DNA of 64,000 nt from the human T2T-CHM13v2.0 reference genome, Homo sapiens (GCF_009914755.1 NC_060948.1), one strand, 5' to 3'; shown: positions 34,111-55,881, counted from the stretch's first letter. Translations and numbers: made by a program. The notes: generated from the sequence alone by a model not told the origin.

Positions 34111-36238
34111 AGATCCATATTTTTTAAATGAAAAAAAATTTCAAAGGTACTCTGCTTGGTACAATAATCAAATGTATAAACTGAGGAATAAAACATAACC
34201 ATGAAACCTACTTATAACTGCATACGAAAAATGCAGAGGATAATTTTTTAAATAACATATTTTGAAAGCCTTAACTAGTAATTTGAAGAGTTGGCATTTG
34301 AAAGGCCAGGATGAATATACCTTCAAAGCAGCAACACAGGTTCCCCATGAGAAAAAGCAAACTCAGGGAAAATAAAACCACAAAGGTTCAATCTCTTCTG
34401 ACCTTTGAAAGACACAGCACAGACAGTGGTCCTTAGGACGAAGAGCAGGAGACCCCTAATTCCGTCACCATGGCGATAGGGCATAAACATTGCTGGGTGA
34501 GGGCACAATCCACATTGTGAGGTCCAACTGCTGCCAGGAAGACAGGAGTGCTTTTACATAGACCGAAAGGACATTGAAGGCTCAGAGTTTTGTTTCAAGA
34601 ACTGAATCCCAAGCCCACACGTTATTAGGCTGCGCTTCTTAAAACAAGTTATCAGATGGGAAAAAGGGCACCCACAAACATACGTATACATTATGTATAT
34701 AATAATATACAGTATCATATATATAATATATATAACCTATGTATAATATTGTTTTACATCCTGCATCTTATCTTATATATATTGTATAAAATATAATAAT
34801 TGATAATATATAAGTTCTATATTTATACAATATGACATATAGTATATATTATAATTTATGTCATATATAATATATGATATATATCATATATAGAATATAT
34901 TATACGGTTAATATACGTATTAAATATAAATTATACATTATATATATTATATATAATATATCTCTTATATATAATACCCATTATGCATAATATATATATT
35001 ATGTCTATGTTATATATAGTATAAAACAACACATAATAATATATAATTGTATGTATAAAATGCGACATATAATAGATAATATATTTTATGACATATGTAA
35101 TATATATTATATATTATATATAATACGTTGTATGTATAATACCTATATTAAATATATATTATATGACTATGTTATTAATTACATGTCACATATGTTATAT
35201 ATTATATATTTTACATAGAATATACCGGTTACATACAATATATACTATGTTACCTATAATGTACAATTTATTACATGTAAAATAAAGAATGCAATATATT
35301 ATGTATAATTTATAATATACAATATGTGGAATGTGATATATATAACATATAATATATGATATATGATATACAGTATATGATATATAACATACAATATATG
35401 ATACCTAATATATATGGTCTACAATATATATTTTATGATATGTATTCTATATGTTTTATATTCTGTTATATATAACTATTTGAAATTATATATAACTGTA
35501 TAATATTTTATGTAAATATGTAATATAATATATATAACTATATAATATATTATATATAACTATATATTATGTTATATATACTTTTATAACATAATTTACT
35601 TAAAATATCATAATATAATATATATTATATTATTTCATATTACATAATATATATTACATATCACCCAATATAAGTAACATACATAAGATTATAATATAGA
35701 TTATATTATGTTATATTAAATATCATATATATTATGTATCATATATTCTATAATATATATTATACATTATATAATATGTATGTTGTCTATTATGTGATAT
35801 ATATGACTAAATATATAATTATATTATTATACATATAACTAGATAAACATGTAATTCTACATATTTTCATTTATAATATATAGAATTATATAATCATATA
35901 TAATTATTTATATTCTATAAAAAATTATATCATTATATAAATTATAATATATAAAAATTATAATATGTACTACAAATATATATATTATATATCATATATG
36001 ATATAGTACCTTTGTTATATATCATATTACATATAAATGTGTATTATGTCATCTATAATTATATAATTTCATACATAAGATGTATAATATGTATTATATA
36101 TTTTATATGTTATGTAATATATATTGTATATATAAGATGACACAGGATAAATATTATATACTATGACATATAAAATATATGAGGTTATATGTTACATATA
36201 AGGCATAGCACATAACATGTAATATATATCATACATAA

Positions 36239-36530
<292 letters not shown>

Positions 36531-38634
36531 AGATCCATATTTTTTAAATGAAAAAAAATTTCAAAGGTACTCTGCTTGGTACAATAATCAAATGTATAAA
36601 CTGAGGAATAAAACATAACCATGAAACCTACTTATAACTGCATATGGAAAATACAGAGGATAATTTTTTAAATACCATATTTTGAAAGCCTTAACTAGTA
36701 ATTTGAAGAGTTGGCATTTGAAAGGCCAGTATGAATATACCTTCAAAGCAGCAACACAAGTTCCCCATGAGAAAAAGCAAACTCAGGGAAAATAAAACCA
36801 CAAAGGTTCAATCTCTTCTGACCTTTGAAAGACACAGCACAGACAGTGGTCCTTAGGACGAAGAGCAGGAGACCCCTAATTCCGTCACCATGGCGATAGG
36901 GCATAAACATTGCTGGGTGAGGGCACAATCCACATTGTGAGGTCCAACTGCTGCCAGGAAGACAGGAGTGCTTTTACATAGACCGAAAGGTCATTGAAGG
37001 CTCAGAGTTTTGTTTCAAGAACTGAATCCCAAGCCCACACGTTATTAGGCTGCGCTTCTTAAAACAAGTTATGAGATGGGAAAAAGGGCACCCACAAACA
37101 TACGTATACATTATGTATATAATAATATACAGTATCATATGTATAATATATATAACCTATGTATAATATTGTTTTACATCCTGCATCTTATATTATATAT
37201 ATTGTATAAAATATAATAATTGATAATATATAAGTTTTATATTTATACAATATGACATATAGTATATATTATAATTTATGACATATATAATATATGTTAT
37301 ATATCATATATAGAATATATTATACGGTTAATATACGTATTAAATATAAATTATACATTATATATATTATATATAATATATCTGTTATATATAATACCCA
37401 TTATGCATAATATATATATTATGTCTATGTTATATATAGTATAAAACAACACATAATAATATATAATTGTATATATAAAATGCGACATATAATATATATT
37501 ATATTTTATGACATATGTAATATATATTATATATTATATATAATACTTTGTATGTATAATACCTATATTAAATATATATTATATTACTATGTTATTAATT
37601 ACATGTCACATATGTTATATATTATATATTTTACATAGAATATACCGGTTACATACAATATATACTATGTTACCTATAATGTATAATTTATTACATGTAA
37701 AATAATGAATGCAATATATTATGTATAATTTAAAATATACAATATGTGGAATGTGATATATGTAACATATAATATATGATAGAGGATATACAGTATATGA
37801 TATATAACATACAATATATGATATCTAATATATATGGTATACAATATATATTTTATGATATGTATTCTATATGTTTTATATTCTGTTATATATAACTATT
37901 TGAAATTATATATAACTGTATAATATTTTATGTAAATATGTAATATAATATATATAACTATATAATATATTATATATAACTATATATTATGTTATATATA
38001 CTTTTATAACATAATTTACTTAAAATATCATAATATAATATATACTATATTATTTCATATTACATAATATATATTACATATCACCCAATATAAGTAACAT
38101 ACATAAGATTATAATATAGATTATATTATGTTACATTAAATATCATATATATCATGTATCATATATTCTATAATATATATATACATTATATAATATGTAT
38201 GTTGTCTATTATGTGATATATATAACTATAAATATAATTATATTATTATACATATAACTAGATAAACATGTAATTCTACATATTTTCATTTATAATATAT
38301 AGAATTATATAATCATATATAATTATTTATATTCTATAAAAAATTATATCATTATATAAATTATAATATATAAAAATTATAATATGTACTACAAACAGAT
38401 ATATTATATATCATATATGATATAGTACCTTTGTTATATATCATATTACATATAAATGTGTATTATGTCATCTATAATTATATAATTTCATATATAAGTT
38501 GTATAATATGTATTATATATTTTATATGTTATGTAATATATATTGTATATGTAAGATGACACAGGATAAATATTATATACTATGACATATAAAATATATG
38601 AGGTTATATGTTACATATAAGGCATAGCACATAA

Positions 38635-38949
<315 letters not shown>

Positions 38950-41051
38950 AGATCCATATTTTTTAAATGAAAAAAAATTTCAAAGGTACTCTGCTTGGTA
39001 CAATAATCAAATGTATAAACTGAGGAATAAAACATAACCATGAAACCTACTTATAACTGCATACGGAAAATACAGAGGATAATTTTTTAAATAACATATT
39101 TTGAAAGCCTTAACTAGTAATTTGAAGAGTTGGCATTTGAAAGGCCAGTATGAATATACCTTCAAAGCAGCAACACAGGTTCCCCATGAGAAAAAGCAAA
39201 CTCAGGGAAAATAAAACCACAAAGGTTCAATCTCTTCTGACCTTTGAAAGACACAGCACAGACAGTGGTCCTTAGGACGAAGAGCAGGAGAACCCTAATT
39301 CCGTCACCATGGCGATAGGGCATAAGCATTGCTGGGTGAGGGCACAATCCACATTGTGAGGTCCAACTGCTGCCAGGAAGACAGGAGTGCTATTACATAC
39401 ACCGAAAGGTCATTGAAGGCTCAGAGTTTTGTTTCAAGAACTGAATCCCAAGCCCACACGTTATTAGGCTGCGCTTCTTAAAACAAGTTATGAGATGGGA
39501 AAAAGGGCACCCACAAACATATGTATACATTATGTATATAATAATATACAGTATCATATATATAATATATATAACCTATGTATAATATTGTTTTACATCC
39601 TGCATCTTTTATTATATATATTGTATAAAATATAATAATTGATAATATATGTTTCATATTTATACAATATGACTTATAGATATATTATAATTTATGACAT
39701 ATATAATATATGTTATATATCATATATAGAATATATTATACGGTTAATATACGTATTAAATATAAATTATATATTATATATATTATATATAATATATCTG
39801 TTATATATAATACCCATTATGCATAATATATATATTATGTCTATGTTATATATAGTATAAAACAACACATAATAATATACAATTGTATATATAAAATGCG
39901 ACATATAATATATATTATATTTTATGACATATGTAATATATATTATATATTATATATAATACGTTGTAGGTATAATTCCTATATTAAATATATATTATAG
40001 GACTATGTTATTAATTACATGTCACATATGTTATATATTATATATTTTACATAGAATATACCGGTTACATACAATATATACTATGTTACCTATAATGTAT
40101 AATTTATTACATGTAAAATAAAGATTGCAATATACTATGTATAATTTATAGTATACAATATGTGGATTGTGATATATATAACATATAATATATGATATAT
40201 GATATACAGTATATGATATATAACATACAATATATGATACCTAATATATATGGTATACAATATATATTTTATGATATGTATTCTCTATGATTTATATTCT
40301 GTTATATATAACTATTTGAAATTATATATAACTGTATAATATTTTATGTAAATATGTAATATAATATATATAACTATATAATATATTATATATAACTATA
40401 TATTATGTTATATATAGTTTTATAACATAATTTACATAAAATATCATAATATAATATATATTATATTATTTCATATTACATAATATATATTACATATCAC
40501 CCAATATAAGTAACATACATAATATTATAATATAGATTATATTATGTTATATTAAATATCATATATATCATGTATCATATATTCTATAATATATATTACA
40601 CATTATATAATATGTATGTTGTCTATTATGTGATATATAGAACTATATATATAATTATATTATTATACATATAACTACATAAACATGTAATTCTACATAT
40701 TTTCATTTATAATATATAGAATTATATAATCATATATAATTATTTATATTCTATAAAAAATTATATCATTATATAAATTATAATATATAAAAATTATAAT
40801 ATGTACTACAAACTGATATATTATATATCATATATGATACAGTACCTTTGTTATACATCATATAACATATAAATGTGTATTATGTCATCAATAATTATAT
40901 AATTACATACATAAGATGTATAATATGTATTATATATTATATATGTTATGTAATATATATAGTATATATAAGCTGACACAGCATAAATATTATATACTAT
41001 GACATATAAAATATATGAGGTTATATGTTACATATAAGGCATAGCACATAA

Positions 41052-41366
<315 letters not shown>

Positions 41367-43494
41367 AGATCCATATTTTTTAAATGAAAAAAAATTTCAA
41401 AGGTACTCTGCTTGGTACAATAATCAAATGTATAAACTGAGGAATAAAACATAACCATGAAACCTACTTATAACTGCATACGAAAAATGCAGAGGATAAT
41501 TTTTTAAATAACATATTTTGAAAGCCTTAACTAGTAATTTGAAGAGTTGGCATTTGAAAGGCCAGGATGAATGTACCTTCAAAGCAGCAACACAGGTTCC
41601 CCATGAGAAAAAGCAAACTCAGGGAAAATAAAACCACAAAGGTTCAATCTCTTCTGACCTTTGAAAGACACAGCACAGACAGTGGTCCTTAGGACGAAGA
41701 GCAGGAGACCCCTAATTCCGTCACCATGGCGATAGGGCATAAACATTGCTGGGTGAGGGCACAATCCACATTGTGAGGTCCAACTGCTGCCAGGAAGACA
41801 GGAGTGCTTTTACATAGACCGAAAGGACATTGAAGGCTCAGAGTTTTGTTTCAAGAACTGAATCCCAAGCCCACACGTTATTAGGCTGCGCTTCTTAAAA
41901 CAAGTTATCAGATGGGAAAAAGGGCACCCACAAACATACGTATACATTATGTATATAATAATATACAGTATCATATATATAATATATATAACCTATGTAT
42001 AATATTGTTTTACATCCTGCATCTTATCTTATATATATTGTATAAAATATAATAATTGATAATATATAAGTTCTATATTTATACAATATGACATATAGTA
42101 TATATTATAATTTATGTCATATATAATATATGATATATATCATATATAGAATATATTATACGGTTAATATACGTATTAAATATAAATTATACATTATATA
42201 TATTATATATAATATATCTCTTATATATAATACCCATTATGCATAATATATATATTATGTCTATGTTATATATAGTATAAAACAACACATAATAATATAT
42301 AATTGTATGTATAAAATGCGACATATAATAGATAATATATTTTATGACATATGTAATATATATTATATATTATATATAATACGTTGTATGTATAATACCT
42401 ATATTAAATATATATTATATGACTATGTTATTAATTACATGTCACATATGTTATATATTATATATTTTACATAGAATATACCGGTTACATACAATATATA
42501 CTATGTTACCTATAATGTACAATTTATTACATGTAAAATAAAGAATGCAATATATTATGTATAATTTATAATATACAATATGTGGAATGTGATATATATA
42601 ACATATAATATATGATATATGATATACAGTATATGATATATAACATACAATATATGATACCTAATATATATGGTCTACAATATATATTTTATGATATGTA
42701 TTCTATATGTTTTATATTCTGTTATATATAACTATTTGAAATTATATATAACTGTATAATATTTTATGTAAATATGTAATATAATATATATAACTATATA
42801 ATATATTATATATAACTATATATTATGTTATATATACTTTTATAACATAATTTACTTAAAATATCATAATATAATATATATTATATTATTTCATATTACA
42901 TAATATATATTACATATCACCCAATATAAGTAACATACATAAGATTATAATATAGATTATATTATGTTATATTAAATATCATATATATTATGTATCATAT
43001 ATTCTATAATATATATTATACATTATATAATATGTATGTTGTCTATTATGTGATATATATGACTAAATATATAATTATATTATTATACATATAACTAGAT
43101 AAACATGTAATTCTACATATTTTCATTTATAATATATAGAATTATATAATCATATATAATTATTTATATTCTATAAAAAATTATATCATTATATAAATTA
43201 TAATATATAAAAATTATAATATGTACTACAAATATATATATTATATATCATATATGATATAGTACCTTTGTTATATATCATATTACATATAAATGTGTAT
43301 TATGTCATCTATAATTATATAATTTCATACATAAGATGTATAATATGTATTATATATTTTATATGTTATGTAATATATATTGTATATATAAGATGACACA
43401 GGATAAATATTATATACTATGACATATAAAATATATGAGGTTATATGTTACATATAAGGCATAGCACATAACATGTAATATATATCATATATAA

Positions 43495-43786
<292 letters not shown>

Positions 43787-45890
43787 AGATCCATATTTTT
43801 TAAATGAAAAAAAATTTCAAAGGTACTCTGCTTGGTACAATAATCAAATGTATAAACTGAGGAATAAAACATAACCATGAAACCTACTTATAACTGCATA
43901 TGGAAAATACAGAGGATAATTTTTTAAATACCATATTTTGAAAGCCTTAACTAGTAATTTGAAGAGTTGGCATTTGAAAGGCCAGTATGAATATACCTTC
44001 AAAGCAGCAACACAAGTTCCCCATGAGAAAAAGCAAACTCAGGGAAAATAAAACCACAAAGGTTCAATCTCTTCTGACCTTTGAAAGACACAGCACAGAC
44101 AGTGGTCCTTGGGACGAAGAGCAGGAGACCCCTAATTCCGTCACCATGGCGATAGGGCATAAACATTGCTGGGTGAGGGCACAATCCACATTGTGAGGTC
44201 CAACTGCTGCCAGGAAGACAGGAGTGCTTTTACATAGACCGAAAGGTCATTGAAGGCTCAGAGTTTTGTTTCAAGAACTGAATCCCAAGCCCACACGTTA
44301 TTAGGCTGCGCTTCTTAAAACAAGTTATGAGATGGGAAAAAGGGCACCCACAAACATACGTATACATTATGTATATAATAATATACAGTATCATATGTAT
44401 AATATATATAACCTATGTATAATATTGTTTTACATCCTGCATCTTATATTATATATATTGTAAAAAATATAATAATTGATAATATATAAGTTTTATATTT
44501 ATACAATATGACATATAGTATATATTATAATTTATGACATATATAATATATGTTATATATCATATATAGAATATATTATACGGTTAATATACGTATTAAA
44601 TATAAATTATACATTATATATATTATATATAATATATCTGTTATATATAATACCCATTATGCATAATATATATATTATGTCTATGTTATATATAGTATAA
44701 AACAACACATAATAATATATAATTGTATATATAAAATGCGACATATAATATATATTATATTTTATGACATATGTAATATATATTATATATTATATATAAT
44801 ACTTTGTATGTATAATACCTATATTAAATATATATTATATTACTATGTTATTAATTACATGTCACATATGTTATATATTATATATTTTACATAGAATATA
44901 CCGGTTACATACAATATATACTATGTTACCTATAATGTATAATTTATTACATGTAAAATAATGAATGCAATATATTATGTATAATTTAAAATATACAATA
45001 TGTGGAATGTGATATATATAACATATAATATATGATAGAGGATATACAGTATATGATATATAACATACAATATATGATATCTAATATATATGGTATACAA
45101 TATATATTTTATGATATGTATTCTATATGTTTTATATTCTGTTATATATAACTATTTGAAATTATATATAACTGTATAATATTTTATGTAAATATGTAAT
45201 ATAATATATATAACTATATAATATATTATATATAACTATATATTATGTTATATATACTTTTATAACATAATTTACTTAAAATATCATAATATAATATATA
45301 CTATATTATTTCATATTACATAATATATATTACATATCACCCAATATAAGTAACATACATAAGATTATAATATAGATTATATTATGTTACATTAAATATC
45401 ATATATATCATGTATCATATATTCTATAATATATATATACATTATATAATATGTATGTTGTCTATTATGTGATATATATAACTATAAATATAATTATATT
45501 ATTATACATATAACTAGATAAACATGTAATTCTACATATTTTCATTTATAATATATAGAATTATATAATCATATATAATTATTTATATTCTATAAAAAAT
45601 TATATCATTATATAAATTATAATATATAAAAATTATAATATGTACTACAAACAGATATATTATATATCATATATGATATAGTACCTTTGTTATATATCAT
45701 ATTACATATAAATGTGTATTATGTCATCTATAATTATATAATTTCATATATAAGTTGTATAATATGTATTATATATTTTATATGTTATGTAATATATATT
45801 GTATATGTAAGATGACACAGGATAAATATTATATACTATGACATATAAAATATATGAGGTTATATGTTACATATAAGGCATAGCACATAA

Positions 45891-46205
<315 letters not shown>

Positions 46206-48304
46206 AGATCCATATTTTTTAAATGAAAAAAAATTTCAAAGGTACTCTGCTTGGTACAATAATCAAATGTATAAACTGAGGAATAAAACATAACCATGAA
46301 ACCTACTTATAACTGCATACGGAAAATACAGAGGATAATTTTTTAAATAACATATTTTGAAAGCCTTAACTAGTAATTTGAAGAGTTGGCATTTGAAAGG
46401 CCAGTATGAATATACCTTCAAAGCAGCAACACAGGTTCCCCATGAGAAAAAGCAAACTCAGGGAAAATAAAACCACAAAGGTTCAATCTCTTCTGACCTT
46501 TGAAAGACACAGCACAGACAGTGGTCCTTAGGACGAAGAGCAGGAGAACCCTAATTCCGTCACCATGGCGATAGGGCATAAGCATTGCTGGGTGAGGGCA
46601 CAATCCACATTGTGAGGTCCAACTGCTGCCAGGAAGACAGGAGTGCTATTACATACACCGAAAGGTCATTGAAGGCTCAGAGTTTTGTTTCAAGAACTGA
46701 ATCCCAAGCCCACACGTTATTAGGCTGCGCTTCTTAAAACAAGTTATGAGATGGGAAAAAGGGCACCCACAAACATATGTATACATTATGTATATAATAA
46801 TATACAGTATCATATATATAATATATATAACCTATGTATAATATTGTTTTACATCCTGCATCTTATATTATATATATTGTATAAAATATAATAATTGATA
46901 ATATATGTTTCATATTTATACAATATGACATATAGATATATTATAATTTATGACATATATAATATATGTTATATATCATATATAGAATATATTATACGGT
47001 TAATATACGTATTAAATATAAATTATATATTATATATATTATATATAATATATCTGTTATATATAATACCCATTATGCATAATATATATATTATGTCTAT
47101 GTTATATATAGTATAAAACAACATATAATATATAATTGTATATATAAAATGCGACATATAATATATATTATATTTTATGACATATGTAATATATATTATA
47201 TATTATATATAATACGTTGTAGGTATAATACCTATATTAAATATATATTATATGACTATGTTATTAATTACATGTCACATATGTTATATAGTATATATTT
47301 TGCATAGAATATACCGGTTACATACAATATACACTATGTTACCTATAATGAATAATTTATTACATGTAAAATAAAGAATGCAATATATGATGTATAATTT
47401 ATAATATACAATATGTGGAATGTGATATATATAACATATAATATATGATATATGATATACAGTATATGATATATAACATACAATATATGATTCCTAATAT
47501 ATATGGTATACAATATATATTTTATGATATGTATTCTCTATGTTTTATATTCTGTTATATATAACTATTTGAAATTATATATAACTGTATAATATTTTAT
47601 GTAAATATGTAATATAATATATATAACTATATAATATATTATATATAACTATATATTATGTTATATATACTTTTATAAAATAAATTACATAAAATATCAT
47701 AATATAATATATAATATATTATTTCATATTACATAATATATATTACATATCACCCAATATAAGAAACATACATAATATTATAATATAGATTATATTATGT
47801 TATATTAAATATCATATATATCATGTGTCATATATTCCATAATATATTTTATACATTACATAATATGTATGTTGTCTATTATGTGATATATATAACTATA
47901 TATATAATTATATTATTATACATATAACTAGATAAACATGTAATTCTACATATTTTCATTTTTAATATATAGAATTATATAATCATATATAATTATTTAT
48001 ATTCTATAAAAAATTATATCATTATATAAATTATAATATATAAAAATTATAATATATACTACAAAAATATATATTATATATCATATATGATATATTACCT
48101 TTGTTATATATCATAATACATATAAATGTGTATTATGTCATCTATAATTATATAATTTCATATATAAGATGTATAATATGTATTATATATTATATATGAT
48201 ATGTAATATATATAGTATATATAAGATGACACAGGATAAATATTATATACTATGACATATAAAATATATGAGGTTATATGTTACATATAAGGCATAGCAC
48301 ATAA

Positions 48305-48619
<315 letters not shown>

Positions 48620-50724
48620 CGATCCATATTTTTTAAATGAAAAAAAATTTCAAAGGTACTCTGCTTGGTACAATAATCAAATGTATAAACTGAGGAATAA
48701 AACAGAACCATGAAACCTACTTATAACTGCATATGGAAAATACAGAGGATAATTTTTTAAATAACATATTTTGAAAGCCTTAACTAGTAATTTGAAGAGT
48801 TGGCATTTGAAAGGCCAGTATGAATATACCTTCAAAGCAGCAACACAGGTTCCCCATGAGAAAAAGCAAACTCAGGGAAAATAAAACCACAAAGGTTCAA
48901 TCTCTTCTGACCTTTGAAAGACACAGCACAGACAGTCGTCCTTAGGACGAAGAGCAGGAGACCCCTAATTCCGTCACCATGGCGATAGGGCATAAGCATT
49001 GCTGGGTGAGGGCACAATCCACATTGTGAGGTCCAACTGCTGCCAGGAAGACAGGAGTGCTTTTACATAGACCGAAAGGTCATTGAAGGCTCAGAGTTTT
49101 GTTTCAAGAACTGAATCCCAAGCCCTCACGTTATTAGGCTGCGCTTCTTAAAACAAGTTATGAGATGGGAAAAAGGTCACCCACAAACATACGTATACAT
49201 TATGTATATAATAATATACAGTATCATATATATAATATATATAACCTATGTATAATATTGTTTTACATCCTGCATCTTATATTATATATATTGTATAAAA
49301 TATAATAATTGATAATATATAAGTTTTATATTTATACAATATGACATATAGTATATATTATAATTTATGACATATATAATATATGTTATATATTATATAT
49401 AGAATATATTATACGGTTAATATACGTATTAAATATAAATTATACATTATATATATTATATATAATATATCTGTTATATATAATACCCATTATGCATAAT
49501 ATATATATTATGTCTATGTTATATATAGTGTAAAACAACATATAATAATATATAATTGTATATATAAAATGCGACATGTAATATATATTATATTTTATGA
49601 CATATGTAATATATATTATATATTATATATAATACGTTGTATGTATAATAACTATATTAAATATATATTATATGACTATGTTATTAATTACATGTCACAT
49701 GTGTTATATAGTATATATTTTGAATAGAATATACCGGTTACATACAATATATACTATGTTACCTATAATGTATAATTTATTATATGTAAAATAAAGAATG
49801 CAATATATTATGTATAATTTATAATATACAATATGTGGAATGTGATATATATAACATATAATATATGATATATGATATACAGTATATGATATATAACATA
49901 CAATATATGATACCTAATATATATGGTGTACAATATATATTTTATGATATGTATTCTCTATGTTTTATATTCTGTTATATATAACTATTTAAAATTATAT
50001 ATAAATGTATAATATTTTATGTAAATATGTAATATAATATATATAACTATATAATGTATTATATATAACTATATATTATGTTATATATACTTTTATAAAA
50101 TAAATTACATAAAATATCATAATATAATATATATTATATTATTTCATATTACTTAAGATATATTACATATCACCCAATATAAGTAACATACATAATATTA
50201 TAATATAGATTATATTATGTTATATTAAATATCATATATATCATGTATCATATATTCCATAATATATTTTATACATTATATAATATGTATGTTGTCAATT
50301 ATGTGATATATATAACTTTATATATAATTATATTATTATACATATAACTAGATAAACATGTAATTCTACATATTTTCATTTATAATATATAGAATTATAT
50401 AATCATATATAATTATTTATATTCTATAAAAAATTATATCATTATATAAATTATAATATATAAAAATTATAATATATACTACAAATATATATATTATATA
50501 TCATATATGATATAGTACCTTTGTTATATATCATAATACATATAAATGTGTATTATGTTATCTATAATTATATAATTTCATATATAAGATGTATAATATG
50601 TATTATATATTATATATGATATGTAATATATATAGTATGTATAAGATGACACAGGATAAATATTATATACTATGACATATAAAATATATGAGGTTATATG
50701 TTACATATAAGGCATAGCACATAA

Positions 50725-51040
<316 letters not shown>

Positions 51041-53145
51041 AGATCCATATTTTTTAAATGAAAAAACGTTTCAAAGGTACTCTGCTTGGTACAATAATCA
51101 AATGTATAAACTGAGGAATAAAACATAAGCATGAAACCTACTTATAACAGCATATGGAAAATACAGAGGATAATTTTTTAAATAACATATTTTGAAAGCC
51201 TTAACTAGTAATTTGAAGAGTTGGCATTTGAAAGGCCAGTATGAATATACCTTCAAAGCAGCAACACAGGTTCCCCATGAGAAAAAGCAAACTCAGGGAA
51301 AATAAAACCACAAAGGTTCAATCTCTTCTGACCTTGGAAAGACACAGCACAGACAGTGGTCCTTAGGACGAAGAGCAGGAGACCCCTAATTCCGTCACCA
51401 TGGCGATAGGGCATAAACATTGCTGGGTGAGGGCACAATCCACATTGTGAGGTCCAACTGCTGCCAGGAAGACAGGAGTGCTTTTACATAGACCGAAAGG
51501 TCATTGAAGGCTCAGAGTTTTGTTTCAAGCACTGAATCCCAAGCCCACACGTTATTAGGCTGCGCTTCTTAAAACAAGTTATGAGATGGGAAAAAGGGCA
51601 CCCACAAACATACGTATACATTATGTATATAATAATATACAGTATCATATATATAATGTATATAACCTATGTATAATATTGTTTTACATCCTGCATCTTA
51701 TATTATATATATTGTATAAAATAAAATAATTGATAATATATATGTTTTATATTTATACAATATGACATATAGTATATATTATAATTTATGACATATATTA
51801 TATATGTTATATATCATATATGGAATATATTATACGGTTAATATTCGTATTAAATATAAATTATACATTATATATATTATATATAATATATCTGTTATAT
51901 ATAATACGCATTATGCATAATATATATATTATGTCTATGTTATATATAGTATAAAACAACATATAATAATATATAATTGTATATATAAAATGCGACATAT
52001 AATATATATTATATTTTATGACATATGTAATATATATTATATATTATATATAATACGTTGTATGTATAATACCTATATTAAATATATATTATATGACTAT
52101 GTTATTAATTACATGTCACATATGTTATATATTATATATTTTACATAGAATATGCCGGTTACATACAATATATACTATGTTACCCATAATGAATAATTTA
52201 TTACATGTAAAATAAAGAATGCAATATCTTATGTATAATTTATAATATACAATATGTGGAATGTGATACATATAACATATAATATATGATATATGATATA
52301 CAGTATATGATATATAACATACAATATATGATACCTAATATATATGGAATATAATATATATTTTATGATATGTATCCTATATGTTTTATATTCTGTTATA
52401 TATAACTATTTGAAATTATATATAACTGTGTAATATTTTATGTAAATATGTAATATAATATATACAACTATATAATATACTATATATAACTATATATTAT
52501 GTTATATATACTTTTATAACATAATTTACATAAAATATCATAATAAAATATATGTTATATTATTTCACATTACGTAATGTATATTACATATCACCCAATA
52601 TAAGTAACATACATAATATTATAATATAGATTATATTATGTTATATTAAATCTCATATATATCATGTATCATATATTCTATAATATATATTATACATTAT
52701 ATAATATGTATGTTGTCTATTATGTGAGATATATAACTGTATATATAATTATATTATTATACATATAACTAGATAAACATGTAATTCTACATATTTTCCT
52801 TTATAATATATAGAATTATATAATCATATATAATTATTTATATTCTATAAAAAATTATATCATTATATAAATTATAATATTTAAAAACTATAATATGTAC
52901 TACAAATATATATGTTATATATCATATATGATATAGTACCTTTGTTATATATCATAATACATATAAATGTGTATTATGTTATCTATAATTATATAATTTC
53001 ATTTATAAGATGTATAATATGTATTATATATTATATACGTTATGTAATATATATAGTATATTTAACCTGACACAGGATAAATATTATATACTATGACATA
53101 TAAAATATATGAGGTTATATGTTACATATAAGGCATAGCATATAA

Positions 53146-53461
<316 letters not shown>

Positions 53462-55566
53462 AGATCCATATTTTTTAAATGAAAAAAAATTTCAAAGGTA
53501 CTCTGCTTGGTACAATAATCCAATGTATAAACTGAGGAATAAAACATAACCATGAAACCTACTTATGACAGCATATGGAAAATGCAGAGGATAATTTTTT
53601 AAATAACATATTTTGAAAGCCTTACCTAGTAATTTGAAGAGTTGGCATTTGAAAGGCCAGTATGAATATACCTTCAAAGCAGCAACACAGGTTCCCCATG
53701 AGAAAAATCAAACTCAGGGAAAATAAAACCACAAAGGTTCAATCTCTTCTGACCTTTGAAAGACACAGCACAGACAGTGGTCCTTAGGACGAAGAGCAGG
53801 AGACCCCTAATTCCGTCACCATGGCGATAGGGCATAAACATTGCTGGGTGAGGGCACAATCCACATTGTGAGGTCCAACTGCTGCCAGGAAGACAGGAGT
53901 GCTTTTACATAGACCGAAAGGTCATTAAAGGCTCAGAGTTTTGTTTCAAGCACTGAATCCCAAGCCCACACGTTATTAGGCTGCGCTTCTTAAAACAAGT
54001 TATGAGATGGGAAAAAGGGCACCCACAAACATACGTATATATTATGTATATAATAATATACAGTATCATATATATAATATATATAACTTATGTATAATAT
54101 TGTTTTACATCCTGCATCTTCTGTTATATATATTGTATAAAATATAATAATTGATAATATATAAGTTTTATATATATACAATATGACATATAGTATATAT
54201 TATAATTTATGACATATATAATATATGTTATGTATCATATATAGAATATATTATACGGTTAATATACGTATTAAATATAAATTATACATTATATATATTA
54301 TATATAATATATCTGTTATATATAATACCCATTATGCATAATATATATATTATGTCTATGTTATATATAGTATAAAACAACACATAATAATATACAATTG
54401 TATATATAAAATGCGACATATAATATATATTATATTTTATGACATATGTAATATATATTATATATTATATATAATACGTTGTAGGTATAATTCCTATATT
54501 AAATATATATTATAGGACTATGTTATTAATTACATGTCACATATGTTATATATTATATATTTTACATAGAATATACCGGTTACATACAATATATACTATG
54601 TTACCTATAATGTATAATTTATTACATGTAAAATAAAGATTGCAATATACTATGTATAATTTATAGTATACAATATGTGGATTGTGATATATATAACATA
54701 TAATATATGATATATGATATACAGTATATGATATATAACATACAATATATGATACCTAATATATATGGTATACAATATATATTTTATGATATGTATTCTC
54801 TATGTTTTATATTCTGTTATATATAACTATTTGAAATTATATATAACTGTATAATATTTTATGTAAATATGTAATATAATATATATAACTATATAATATA
54901 TTATATATAACTATATATTATGTTATATATAGTTTTATAACATAATTTACATAAAATATCATAATATAATATATATTATATTATTTCATATTACATAATA
55001 TATATTACATATCACCCAATATAAGTAACATACATAATATTATAATATAGATTATATTATGTTATATTAAATATCATATATATCATGTATCATATATTCT
55101 ATAATATATATTACACATTATATAATATGTATGTTGTCTATTATGTGATATATAGAACTATATATATAATTATATTATTATACATATAACTACATAAACA
55201 TGTAATTCTACATATTTTCATTTATAATATATAGAATTATATAATCATATATAATTATTTATATTCTATAAAAAATTATATCATTATATAAATTATAATA
55301 TATAAAAATTATAATATGTTTTACAAATATATATATTATATATCATATATGATATAGTACCTTTGTTATATATCATAATACATATAAATGTGTATTATGT
55401 TATCTATAATTATATAAATTCATATATAAGATGTATAATATGTATCATATATTATATATGTTATGTAATATATATAGTATATATAAGCTGACACAGGATA
55501 AATATTATATACTATGACATATAAAATATATGAGGTTATATGTTACATATAAGGCATAGCACATAA

Positions 55567-55881
<315 letters not shown>

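Noticed and set aside
39639-39860. Ile/Tyr-rich hydrophobic ORFs in AT blocks (also 13291, 46895, 56648, 58991, 61484)
   Set aside because: Low-complexity translation of TA repeats, not membrane proteins.
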